Part shown: piece by piece, positions 1-10,066 of the stretch | Numbering within the stretch: the first letter of the stretch is position 1 | How the letters are laid out: each line of letters starts with the position of its first letter | From: Porphyridium purpureum | Lineage: Eukaryota | Assembly (NCBI GenBank): GCA_008690995.1 | Contig: VRMN01000013.1 | Span: forward strand, 248,001 to 312,000 | Reading direction: 5' to 3' | DNA: 64,000 nt | Notes under the pieces: generated by a model | The model's database searches: none | What the model saw: only the letters and a program-made list of their open reading frames with translations | What the model was told of the DNA's origin: nothing | Program-made: the position numbers and the translations under genes

Positions 1-2
1 CC

Positions 3-269
3 GGCCTGTCTGCGCAGCAGCAATGCGGTAAATTGAAAGCAGCGAACGAAGAACAGTACGTGCAAGGAAGTGGCGGCACCGAATCGTCGGCAGCAAGTGT
101 ATGGATGCAGCGCGCTGCTGCGCTGGCCCGTCTCGATGGAGGGATGGGCTGCGTGCGTTCAGTACCCACTCGCGCGGCCGCGCAAAACAGCAGCACGATT
201 TCCGAATCGAGCAACTCGAACAGAGACAATGACACCACGTCAAGTTTCCAGACGGCACCTGAGAATTAA
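3..269 (+). CDS. Possible 3' end of a gene entering from the left edge (low-complexity C-terminus)
   Basis: Frame is open from position 3 to TAA at 267-269; no recognisable motif. Confidence 0.3.
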   Translation, partial: GLSAQQQCGKLKAANEEQYVQGSGGTESSAASVWMQRAAALARLDGGMGCVRSVPTRAAAQNSSTISESSNSNRDNDTTSSFQTAPEN

Positions 270-523
270 AGGAAATCTCTTATGGTATTTGGGCTTGGAG
301 CATGTTCGGCCTTTCCCCCCTCCCTCCTCTTAAGGAAATGAGAAAGCAATACCACCGGGGATATTTCATACAGAGCTTGTTCGGTGCTTGGATTCGAGCC
401 ACGCTCAGATTTTTCAATTCAAGAGGATGATGACCACTTGCCAAATAAATCCACCCACCAAGAGCATGTTTCCCACAAGCCACGTGCTGCAAGTTCCTCC
501 GCATTTCTTTCTTTTCCTTTTGC

Positions 524-3500
524 CTATTGTCGCGAATATTGCAGAACTTTGCAGAACAAGTTGAGCGCCTTGACATCATTTAGAGAGCTGGAACGCGTGC
601 GCGCTAGCGAAGGATCGGCGACAACCACAGCGAGACACTCGGCACGTGATAAGGCCACGTTTAGACGATTCGGGTCAAGGACAAACATGGCGCTTCGCTT
701 CGAAACCGTGTTTGGTTGCGCAGTATCTGAACCGTCAACCATCCACGGAAAGACGCTACCCGGCGCGCGCTCTGAACTCGAATCCTCAATCCCAGTAGCG
801 CCAGCAACACCATTGCTGCTCCCACCCGCCGTTCCGCACATCGATACGATCACAAACGGAGCTTGCTGCCCCTGGAACTTATCGACTGTGCCAACGCGCG
901 CGTCCGGTCCGAGTGCCAGCTTCAGCTTGCTTACCTGCATATTGTACGGCGCAACGACGAGGATGTCATCTGCGGTCGTGGGGACGCGGACGCCGCGCGT
1001 GCGACGCGACGTGTAATGTCGAGCCAGCAATTCAGCGTACACACGCTGGACGAGCGCTACTTCTACGCTAGACCACTGGTCTGACATGCTCTGCTCAAAA
1101 TGGGCGTGCTCTTGGGAGTCGGGCCCTGTGAGCACACCCTGACGACCATACTGAGGTGTTATGAAGTACACTCCAGACATTTGCGCCGCTTGCAGGAGTC
1201 TTGCCTTTTGCGCATTCACCTCATCCACCGGCGCTTGATGGTGGGTGTCACGACTGCACAGCGCATTTTGCGTCGTCTCCGGGTCACTTTTGAGAAAGCC
1301 ATTGTACATCGTGCTGGAAATGAGCTCGCACAAAGGTGGACTGAGGCGAAATGTCCGATCCAGAAACACGCCGTGCTTGGCTGGCACCTTGGCGCAATCT
1401 TCACCCACAAGATACGTGAGGCATGACGCTGCTACCTCTCGCGGATGCGCTCCCTGGACGGGCATGGGCAGCTGCTGCTGGTCACCTACAAGCACCGCAT
1501 TCGGCGCGCACGCCAGCATGGACAAAAAATTGGGCAGTGACATCTGACCGGCCTCATCGACGAAGAGGTAATCAAACGCACATGTCAGCTCCTCGCTTGC
1601 AAATTGGTAGCACGTAGCACCTACAACGCCTGACGAAAACGCCGCCGTCTTCGCAGATGCTTCCTCGGTTGCTTGCCCACGCGTCGTGGGCGCGCCCAGC
1701 TTGTCCTTCATCTTCTTGAAGGAGGGAAAGTAGGTCACGCCGAGCGGCTTCAATTCTTTGACCTTGCGTTCTGTGCCACCAAGCTTAACCACGCTAGGAA
1801 CCGAAACTGACTGCGACGCTGTCGCGTCCGCTCCTCTTCCTCCGCTGACCGTAGCCTCTACTTTCTCAGCGAGCACAGCCGCCACTTGAATTAACAAGTT
1901 GTCAATGGCCTCGTGCGAGTTTGAGCTGATTGCGACTTTTTTTCGTCCGTGCAGTACCAGGTCCGCGATGATGCGGGCGCTCAAGTGCGTCTTGCCAGAA
2001 CCTGGCGGTCCCTGAATGACGAATACCGAGTCGCGCATGCTGCGAATCCGCTCGATCGTTTGCGCGGACGGTGGTGTATCCTCTTGCACGGGCTGACGTG
2101 CGAGGTACCGTAGCGCAGTACGTGACAGGTTCAAATCTTGAACAGCGCGCTCAGAATCATGACCTGTTTCATTCGGGTCGCTCTCACTAGCCGCGCACCC
2201 ACACGCCGCCTCCGCGAGCCGCTTCAACGCCGCCCGCATAACACGAGGGCAGAAATTAATGCCGGATGACGACAAAATACCAACCATCTGTGTCACATTA
2301 CTGACATCATCCACGTTGACCTCCTTGCTCCTGTCAAGCATTATACACATTTGCCCCATATCGGCATCTGCGCCGACAACACTGCCGTATACCATGGTCA
2401 TCAGCCGCGGCCTTCGGTTCTCTTGATCATCTTCCGATGATAGAGGCTCCAATGGTACTGCTGGCGTGGGTATCACCACGCCAATGCTTTCTCCCTCACG
2501 ACTTACCTTCTCATGCGCCTGCGTAGCGTCAAATTGCACAAGGACAAAAAGCTTCTTCGCGACACCCCGTTTCTCCGCACTTGCGTCGCTAGTCTGTCTC
2601 TTGGCCAAAGCCGCGCGCAGCAACGCCGGCGAGATACTGCTCGCGCCAGACAGGACCTGGCTCTCGCCATCCCTTTTATCATCTTTTCGCTTTTCAGGTG
2701 GAAAGGCTATGCAGAGGGGATCAATGATCACTTCTGGATCGTTCACCAAAGCTTCCGGGTCAATGACACACTGTTCGGCGCGCTGGTAAAACTGTGTGCG
2801 AGCAGGTGAAAGCTCGCGGATGTAATACCCGAGCAGGCCTGCGAAAACATCACGAACGTGCGCGCTGTGACTCTTTTCGAAGACACCTCCGGCTGGGTCA
2901 TATGCGTGTTCGAAGTTCAACGCGATTTGGCATGACCCGTCACGCAGACGTCGCTCCAGTTCCCGGCACTCGGCAATCACAAGGCTGTCTTGCTCCTTTT
3001 CTAATCTTCTCTGCCCACATGCCCACCTCTCAAGCTCTTTCTCCGGCACCTCGGATCCTTCATCGTCTGGGATGGTTTCAACATCTGTTTCTGCGTCCAC
3101 GTTCGACGCATGTACTCCATTGCTCGGTGTGAGACAATTTGAAACCTGTGCATCGTTTTCCTTCCCTTCCTCTCCGACAAGGCTTGCTTCAAAGGCAGTC
3201 TGACGGCGAACTTGATCGATCTCGTTGAGTAGCTCGCTTTGACGCCGGACGAGCCAGTCAGTGACCTGTAGCAAGGAATCGCAGTCTTGCTCATTATAAA
3301 TCGCGATTTCCCGGAGCAGTGGGTGGTTGTTATTCCACTTCTCAACCCCAGAGCCGACGGCATCATTTGAGCAACGCCACTGGTGGTAAATAGCGACGGA
3401 AGACGCCGCATCCTGGACGTCCGATTCACGCGCAACGCCACACAATCGTTCAATGTATTTGATGCTGTAGCTGGGCTCGCCGATCAACAAGCTGTTGCGT

Positions 3501-5467
3501 ACGAGCTTGTAGATGTCCACGAATGCACCAGAACTGCCATCGAGCAAGTCCTCCAGCATGCGCTGCTCATCTGTGAGCTGAGTACCTCCACTGTAACGTT
3601 CGCTCAGCCGGCGAAGGGCCGCCTGCTCATAATTGCCGTAGTGGTAAACGCGCGCCTGCTTTCCAGATGCAAGCCAACGTGCATGCACAAATCTTACGAA
3701 CGCCGAGAATGCCGCCTCTTCTTCTTCCCTTGAGTGTGCCCACCATTCTAAAAATTCGCCTTCGTCAGTTCGTGTGACGGCGCCGAAAAGATATTCGAGC
3801 CCGCTGCCTAGTGAGTCCGCGAAAAGCGGGTCCGACTCCATGTCAAAGAATAAATCAAGCGCGTGCGGCAGCGGTAGGTGCTGTAGCTCCAGCTTTTCCA
3901 GCTGTGGCGCAAACTCATACAGTGCACGTGCCTTGGGGCCGCCGTCTGACGTCTCGCGCAGCCGTTGCGTCTCCCACTGCAGGCGTGCCTGCGACTGCAG
4001 CCGCGGGAACGTCCGTACCGCAAACACTGACTTGGCCCGAGAAAGAGAGCGAAGCGCTTCGGATTGCTGCCCAGCACCATTGGTAAGAGTGGCCAGCTCT
4101 TCAATGGAGCAAATGTTCATGTTTCGGAGCATACTGGCGTGTCGCTTGGTCATACCGCTAACAAGGAGCAGGTTGTTGTGCTTGCTAAGATAAGCGCTTG
4201 CGGCGGCACTCCAGGGTGCCAGACTGCGCGGCGTTAATGCGCTAGTGTCCACAAAGTGGGCGGGACCTAGTGCTTCCAGCGAATCCGCGCTATGGGAGCG
4301 TATCAAACGCACAAAGCGCTCAAAGTCGCGGCGGACATACTCCACAAAGTGCTTGCATTGCTCAATGTGTATCTTGGTAGGCATACGCGTCGCTCCCAAC
4401 CACAAAAAAAGTGCGCCAGCGTACGGCGAGCCGCTCATCTCACTTAGCATGCGTGCATAGCTGGCGGCCTGGATCACGTATTCGGGCCGCGCAAGGTGGG
4501 CGAGCTTGACTTCGCACACCAAGTAGGCTGGCTGCTCCTGGACTCCACCTGAAGGAAGCCATGCAAGATTCACGGTCGACTCGTCTTGCTCGTTGACGCT
4601 CTGACCGTGCACTTGATCAGATTCAGTGCGTCCGGTCTGGACTTTCGCCGTCTCAGGCCGCGAAGGCTGAGAATGGCTGCCCGCGTTGGGCAGCAGGGAA
4701 ACTCCACAGCGCGCAAGAGCGCTCTCCGAGAGAATCTCATCCCATGCGAGATCGGCGCGCAGCAAAAAGTCTGCGACGCCACGAAACGTGCCGTCCGTCA
4801 ATGCGGCCTGATGGATCACAGGCGGTGGCGGCGGCGAATCCTTTGTCCGTTTACCCAAGAGCTTGCGCGTGTACGCATATCGGTCGTACAATGGGTCATC
4901 CGGTTTTCTGAATGGCACTGTGAGCACGGGAATGCGCAGTGCAGCAAATAGCTCCAGAACGCGACGCTCGTGTGCGTTTCCAGCGTCAGCGAGGCAACGT
5001 GCCATGCGGTCTGGCGCGTCGCGCTGCGCCCCATCGAAGTGTGCTGCCAATGCATCAGGCGCCCGCTCGGCAATTTCGTCCATGTACGTTATGAAGGGCG
5101 AGCGATAATGGTTCACAAGCGCGTACGGCGACCAGACGCGGCTCGGCCTGGTGGTCGGCTGTTGGCCTTTCTCGAGCAGCGTGTTGCCACCATTCTCATC
5201 GCTCGGCGCATGATCGCCATGCAACGCGCGCGCGGGAACCGTGCCATGAGCATTGCTGAAATGCCAGGCGTACCCGCATTGAGACCCAATGCGTGCAACA
5301 CATCTTTTGGGGCGAGCACAAAAGCACGCTTTTCGCCGCGCTCTGCAAGCGGCGCCGCGCCATCGCGGGCCATTCTGCACAACCGAGTGTGTGTGCAGCG
5401 TGCGCGATGCCGCGCGAGTCACAAATAAAGCACTGATCCCTGCTTGAACCTCCATCGTATTCGACAT
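524..5467 (-). CDS. TM0106-family multidomain protein: RecB-like PD-(D/E)xK nuclease + HhH + RNase H-like (DEDD) domain + UPF1/DNA2-like SF1 helicase, with N-terminal transit-peptide-like extension
   Basis: Nuclease: RGVADFLLR, CEVKLA, QAASY. Exonuclease-like: LFFDMESDP, VYHYGNYE, FVDIY, YNEQDC. Helicase: QGPPGSGKT, VDEAGQ, VGDQQQL, APYNMQV, TVDKFQG, NRLNVALSRA. Likely ATG at 5467 or 5455; the ORF track start at 5620 overlaps SUV3. Confidence 0.88.
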   Translation of the reverse strand: MSNTMEVQAGISALFVTRAASRTLHTHSVVQNGPRWRGAACRARRKACFCARPKRCVARIGSQCGYAWHFSNAHGTVPARALHGDHAPSDENGGNTLLEKGQQPTTRPSRVWSPYALVNHYRSPFITYMDEIAERAPDALAAHFDGAQRDAPDRMARCLADAGNAHERRVLELFAALRIPVLTVPFRKPDDPLYDRYAYTRKLLGKRTKDSPPPPPVIHQAALTDGTFRGVADFLLRADLAWDEILSESALARCGVSLLPNAGSHSQPSRPETAKVQTGRTESDQVHGQSVNEQDESTVNLAWLPSGGVQEQPAYLVCEVKLAHLARPEYVIQAASYARMLSEMSGSPYAGALFLWLGATRMPTKIHIEQCKHFVEYVRRDFERFVRLIRSHSADSLEALGPAHFVDTSALTPRSLAPWSAAASAYLSKHNNLLLVSGMTKRHASMLRNMNICSIEELATLTNGAGQQSEALRSLSRAKSVFAVRTFPRLQSQARLQWETQRLRETSDGGPKARALYEFAPQLEKLELQHLPLPHALDLFFDMESDPLFADSLGSGLEYLFGAVTRTDEGEFLEWWAHSREEEEAAFSAFVRFVHARWLASGKQARVYHYGNYEQAALRRLSERYSGGTQLTDEQRMLEDLLDGSSGAFVDIYKLVRNSLLIGEPSYSIKYIERLCGVARESDVQDAASSVAIYHQWRCSNDAVGSGVEKWNNNHPLLREIAIYNEQDCDSLLQVTDWLVRRQSELLNEIDQVRRQTAFEASLVGEEGKENDAQVSNCLTPSNGVHASNVDAETDVETIPDDEGSEVPEKELERWACGQRRLEKEQDSLVIAECRELERRLRDGSCQIALNFEHAYDPAGGVFEKSHSAHVRDVFAGLLGYYIRELSPARTQFYQRAEQCVIDPEALVNDPEVIIDPLCIAFPPEKRKDDKRDGESQVLSGASSISPALLRAALAKRQTSDASAEKRGVAKKLFVLVQFDATQAHEKVSREGESIGVVIPTPAVPLEPLSSEDDQENRRPRLMTMVYGSVVGADADMGQMCIMLDRSKEVNVDDVSNVTQMVGILSSSGINFCPRVMRAALKRLAEAACGCAASESDPNETGHDSERAVQDLNLSRTALRYLARQPVQEDTPPSAQTIERIRSMRDSVFVIQGPPGSGKTHLSARIIADLVLHGRKKVAISSNSHEAIDNLLIQVAAVLAEKVEATVSGGRGADATASQSVSVPSVVKLGGTERKVKELKPLGVTYFPSFKKMKDKLGAPTTRGQATEEASAKTAAFSSGVVGATCYQFASEELTCAFDYLFVDEAGQMSLPNFLSMLACAPNAVLVGDQQQLPMPVQGAHPREVAASCLTYLVGEDCAKVPAKHGVFLDRTFRLSPPLCELISSTMYNGFLKSDPETTQNALCSRDTHHQAPVDEVNAQKARLLQAAQMSGVYFITPQYGRQGVLTGPDSQEHAHFEQSMSDQWSSVEVALVQRVYAELLARHYTSRRTRGVRVPTTADDILVVAPYNMQVSKLKLALGPDARVGTVDKFQGQQAPFVIVSMCGTAGGSSNGVAGATGIEDSSSERAPGSVFPWMVDGSDTAQPNTVSKRSAMFVLDPNRLNVALSRAECLAVVVADPSLARTRSSSLNDVKALNLFCKVLQYSRQ

Positions 5468-5596
5468 CAACACTCCCGGTCTGACGAGATCAACGGAACA
5501 GGTTTTGGCCAAGTGGCGGCGACGCTGTTTGCGAGTTCGCGCGTGTTTGTGTGTGTCTCTGTGTACGGGCGGCGGGTGTGGGATATCTGTAGAGCG

Positions 5597-8224
5597 ATGC
5601 GGAAGCAGCTGCGCGCGCACGAAGTTGATGTGGTGCAGGAGCTAGTGCGGCAAGCATTCTACCGGCGCTCCGCGGCACGGGCAGCGGCGCAGGCGGCGGC
5701 CGAAATCGAGTCGCAGCGCTCGTCTGCGACCGCCACCGCGACGGCCATCATTGACTCGTATGTGAACGCGAGAGCAGGCTCGTCTCAATCAGCGCCCGGT
5801 GCGCTGGGAGATGACCATGTGAATGTGAGCCTGGCTGCTGTGGAACGCTTCTGCAAGGCCGTTGGTCTGCTGCGGCCGCCGCTGCACAAAAGTCTCCGGC
5901 AGACCAAGCCGAGGTCCGGACACGCTGCGGCATTCCCGGCGTCGCTTGGCGGATTCACATACGCGGACGCAGTGCACTTGGTACACGGACCAGGTCCGCC
6001 GGAGGATGCAGTCCAGGAGTCCGCGACGGATACGCTACTCATTCGCCGTGATGCGGACGGATTTATCATGCGCTGTGTCGCGGAACACGAGCTTCAGCGC
6101 GACATTGACTCTAATCGGCGCTGGCTAGGGAGCATAAACATGGATGGGTGGAGTGACTCTGCGCATTCCAGAGGTCCAAGCAAAGAGCAAGAAAACGAGA
6201 ATATCAATTCGTTTGCGATCCGCACGCTGCGTGGTCGGAAGGGGAGCCTTGGCCGCGGTGCCGACCCTGAGAATGACGAGATGCGCACAGGGCTGTATGA
6301 GGCTCTGAAAAATAACATGCACACGGAATATGCTGGCGCTCGCGCGATAAAGCGGAGGATTGTGTATCACTATGGCCCGACAAATTCAGGCAAGACACAC
6401 TCTGCGTTGCAGCGTCTGTGCGGCTTGGAGGGCGGCGACGGCGAGGCGCCAGCACGGCGAGATAAATCAGTCCCGCTGACAGGGCTGTATGCGGGGCCTC
6501 TGCGGCTGCTCGCCCAGGAGCTCCATGAGCGCATGAACGACGGCGGTGTGCACACAAACTTGAAGACTGGTCAGGAGCAAGTGCTGGTGCCGTTTGCGAC
6601 GCATGTCGCGTGCACCGTGGAGATGGTGGACCTGGCGACATTCTGGGATGTAGCTGTGATTGACGAGGTGCAGCTGATCGCAAATCCACAGCGTGGATGG
6701 GCGTGGACGCGCGCTTTGATGGGATTGCAGTGTCCCGAGATTCACGTTTGTGGGGACGCGTCTGCCCTGGCGCTTGTGCGCCGCCTTGCCCGACAGTGCG
6801 GTGACTCTTTTTCTACCCAGGCGTACGAGCGGCGCAATCCGCTGCGCGTGGCATCCAAAACGCTCAAGGGCGATTGCGCAAAAGTCCAAAAGGGCGACTG
6901 TGTGGTCGTGTTTTCGCGCGACCTGGCGTATCAAATGCGCGAATTGATTGAGCAGAGCACGAAGCTTCGCTGCTGTATTGTGTATGGCCGCCTGCCACCG
7001 CACGTGCGTGCGCAGCAGGCGCGGCTCTTTAACGATCCGCGCTCCAATTACGATGTGCTAGTCGCCACGGACGCCATTGGCATGGGTTTGAACCTTAACA
7101 TTGCGCGCATTGTATTTTCAAGTATGTCGAAGCATGTCATGTGCTCCGTGCAACGCAAATTAGTACGGCGCGAGCTAGAAGCACCGCTGGTGCGCCAGAT
7201 AGCCGGCCGAGCGGGCCGTGACGTGCGAACATTTCTTGACGGGGGCGTGGTGACCGCGCTTTTCGACCAGGATCGAAGGTTGCTCACCGAGAACATGAAG
7301 CACGCGCTCGACTATCAAAGCAAACGTGCAGGTGTGATGCCAAGCGCTGAGCAGTTGATGATGATCTGGAAGCACTTGTACGGTGATACGTCGCGATCCC
7401 GCGAACCGAATTTTGAAACCTTCGCTGCGCGCTTGGATGCCAATCCCTCCAGTGGACGCGTTTTCTTGCGCTTGCTTCGTGAGTTTATGCACATTGCCCG
7501 GCATAAGGAAAGCGAAGTCATGGGCGGCACGTTTGAACTCGCAGCGGATGGGATGGGCACGGCTCTGGCGCTTGCAAACTTGCTGGCTGATGTCGACGGC
7601 ATTAGCGTCGAAGCGCGGATCGACTGGCTGTGCTGCCCCGTCGATGAGCGTCGCGCACAGTCAAAGGACTCGTTCAAGAAGCTCGCGGAGTGCTACGCAG
7701 CGGGCGTGCCCGCGGAGTATGACATGCGGGATGTGTACCTCATGCGCTCTGAGATACCAGCCCAGGTGCGGGACCATGCGAGCATGTCGCGTCGCAACCT
7801 TGAGCTTGAAGGTATTTACTCTCGGGCAGAGACGTACATTTTCCTCTCGCGCAAGTTTGGCCCGGGTTGCTTCCCGAGCCGCGAATTTGCGCACGCCATA
7901 CGAGACGAGGTAGCCAACAAGATCCAAGAGAATCTCATTTGGCGAGCTAAAAAGCGCTCACAGGGAGCCGCAAGCAAGCATCATCGCGACGCCATGCGCG
8001 CTACGCTGGCTAGACAACTGGGGCATCGCAAGGACAGGGCGGAGAGCAAGAAGAAAATTAAGAACAAGGAGAAAGACGAGCGAGAAGAACTGAGAAATAT
8101 AGGCATGGCCATGGGTATGAACATGAACCTTCTCGATGATATGGACCTGCTGGAAAAGGGATCGCAGAAAAAGAGAAGGAAGAACAAAAAGACCAAGCGT
8201 GGCAAGCGAAAAGCGAAGCACTGA
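5597..8224 (+). CDS. SUV3: SUV3-like mitochondrial ATP-dependent RNA helicase
   Basis: HYGPTNSGKT, PLRLLAQE, IDEVQLI, RGWAWTRAL, VATDAIGMGLNL, QIAGRAGR; basic C-terminal tail; first in-frame ATG at 5597. Confidence 0.92.
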   Translation: MRKQLRAHEVDVVQELVRQAFYRRSAARAAAQAAAEIESQRSSATATATAIIDSYVNARAGSSQSAPGALGDDHVNVSLAAVERFCKAVGLLRPPLHKSLRQTKPRSGHAAAFPASLGGFTYADAVHLVHGPGPPEDAVQESATDTLLIRRDADGFIMRCVAEHELQRDIDSNRRWLGSINMDGWSDSAHSRGPSKEQENENINSFAIRTLRGRKGSLGRGADPENDEMRTGLYEALKNNMHTEYAGARAIKRRIVYHYGPTNSGKTHSALQRLCGLEGGDGEAPARRDKSVPLTGLYAGPLRLLAQELHERMNDGGVHTNLKTGQEQVLVPFATHVACTVEMVDLATFWDVAVIDEVQLIANPQRGWAWTRALMGLQCPEIHVCGDASALALVRRLARQCGDSFSTQAYERRNPLRVASKTLKGDCAKVQKGDCVVVFSRDLAYQMRELIEQSTKLRCCIVYGRLPPHVRAQQARLFNDPRSNYDVLVATDAIGMGLNLNIARIVFSSMSKHVMCSVQRKLVRRELEAPLVRQIAGRAGRDVRTFLDGGVVTALFDQDRRLLTENMKHALDYQSKRAGVMPSAEQLMMIWKHLYGDTSRSREPNFETFAARLDANPSSGRVFLRLLREFMHIARHKESEVMGGTFELAADGMGTALALANLLADVDGISVEARIDWLCCPVDERRAQSKDSFKKLAECYAAGVPAEYDMRDVYLMRSEIPAQVRDHASMSRRNLELEGIYSRAETYIFLSRKFGPGCFPSREFAHAIRDEVANKIQENLIWRAKKRSQGAASKHHRDAMRATLARQLGHRKDRAESKKKIKNKEKDEREELRNIGMAMGMNMNLLDDMDLLEKGSQKKRRKNKKTKRGKRKAKH

Positions 8225-8398
8225 GCTTGGGGTTTTCCTGAGAGCGGTTGTAAAGCAGAACGGGGTAATTTACAAAAAAAGAAAAAAGGAAAAAAAATTG
8301 GAGAAAAGAAGACAGCCGCACGGTTTGCGGCCACGCGCTTAGCACCCGCCCGTAGCCGCAACTCGTCCTATACGCTTCATCATGAAACGAGTGTTTGA

Positions 8399-9277
8399 CT
8401 ATAAAGGCGCAGGAGTCTCAGTTTGGTTTTGCGCGGCACTTGCGGACACTACCTTTGCTTCCTGCGCATCTGTTTCCGAATCTAATTCTGTCCGTGCTTG
8501 CGTTTGCGGCGAATCCCCCGCGGCGGCGAGTTCCGCGCGGTGCGCTCGGCGCAGTTGTGTTCTAATACCTTTTTCTTCGCTTTTGTATGCCGCGAGCTCG
8601 ATCTGCCGCCGCTCGCGATGCATCTCGTCTAACGCGACTTGGAGGACCTCGGCGGCACTGATGCGCTGTGCGGCCTGTGCTTGATACTTATTTGTATTGG
8701 CCACGTCGAGCGAACGCGGAAAGAGTGCGTCTTGTATTTTCAGCTTTCGTATGCGAAGGTGCCTCGTGCCGGCAAGCCTCGCAGCCATGCCAAAGTCGCG
8801 TGCGGAGCGAATGGCGCGCTCGACCACGTCCGCCTCATTCCAGTATAGGATCGTGTGCATACCCTGCATGGATGCCGCGCCCTTATCTTCGTTCGATATT
8901 TGCATCAAAAGTTCCTCGACATACCGCGCGGTACGCTTGACCTCATCTGCCTGCCAGCCGCGCTCCACGGGCACACGCACGCCCACGACGCAGGCGCCAA
9001 TCTGGAAACCGTCATTATTCGGGTCCATGCTTGGCGCGCGATGCAGGGCATCGGCAATGATGCGTGCCTCGTGCTCCGGCCGCGCGCCTCGAGACACGAC
9101 GCCAAACGTTGCGGCGACCTCCCATCGCGCGTCCGACAGCGACAAATTCACGAGCCCGGCGCTTGGCGAGACACCCAGCACCCGCTGCCCCGGCCTGAGC
9201 CGCGCGCGCAGCACGCCCACCGAGTCCACCACCAGACTGCGCAGGTGCGCCACGCTCACGCGCCCCGCCAGCCTCAC
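8399..9277 (-). CDS. YqgF/RuvX-like RNase H-fold protein with degenerate catalytic residues; true start unresolved
   Basis: RVLGVSPSAGLVNLSLSD, IGACVVGV, ILYWNEA and ISAAEVLQVALD line up with the YqgF blocks ILALDxGxxxIGVAxSD, IVVGLP, WDER and DxxAAxxILQxxLD. The ORF begins at GTG; the nearest ATG (~9383) is out of frame. Confidence 0.65.
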   Translation of the reverse strand: MRLAGRVSVAHLRSLVVDSVGVLRARLRPGQRVLGVSPSAGLVNLSLSDARWEVAATFGVVSRGARPEHEARIIADALHRAPSMDPNNDGFQIGACVVGVRVPVERGWQADEVKRTARYVEELLMQISNEDKGAASMQGMHTILYWNEADVVERAIRSARDFGMAARLAGTRHLRIRKLKIQDALFPRSLDVANTNKYQAQAAQRISAAEVLQVALDEMHRERRQIELAAYKSEEKGIRTQLRRAHRAELAAAGDSPQTQARTELDSETDAQEAKVVSASAAQNQTETPAPL

Positions 9278-10066
9278 TCGCCGCCGCGCCCGCCACCGCC
9301 GCCGCCAACGCTACAGCCGCAAGCACCGCACTCGCGCCCCCGCGCGCACGCGCCCGCGAGTCCCACACCAACTGAACCTCCATCCGGCCCAGCTGTACCT
9401 CGTACGTTTCCTTTTTGGTTCGCGCGCGCAGACGTTGCCACGTGGGGGAACAGCGCGGGTGTCGAAGCACGCAGCGCGGACGGTGGCTACCGGCCGTGGC
9501 GCGGCTTCTCCCCAGCCGCCAGCCGCCAGCCGCCGCACGTCTCAATGTCCAGCCCTGCGGCCTGCTGGTTGCACACAAGGCGCGCGATGATGATGCTGCC
9601 AACTGCATCGGCGGATTTGAGCCTTCCCCCTCTGTCGCAAGGCGGACGGCGGCTCCAATAGTGCCGTGCACAGGAACCGTGGCCGACCGGCCCTGCAAAA
9701 AGAGGCGCAATAGTATAGATGCTTCGAGCCGCGATGCGTGGGGGGTTGCTCGATGTAATTCGCAAGATCCTGGCGCGAAAACAGTGTCTCGTCCTGGAAT
9801 GATTTATGTTTCCATGAAATGTGTAGTGAAGCAACAGACACACATGCCCGCAGGTCGAATGCACCAGGTTAACCGCTTCGCCCTGTTGACGCTAAGCTTT
9901 GACCCGTAGTCGCCAACCGAACAAAAACATCGCAGGGTCGCTTGTCACCAGGAGTGTCCCGGTACGGTGCGGAAACGCCTCTTCATGCTGGCATCTGGAT
10001 CTGCAGCCCAACAACGCAGGCAAGTTCGCGCTTGATTATTCACACTTGGTCAACGAGGCGCTCATT

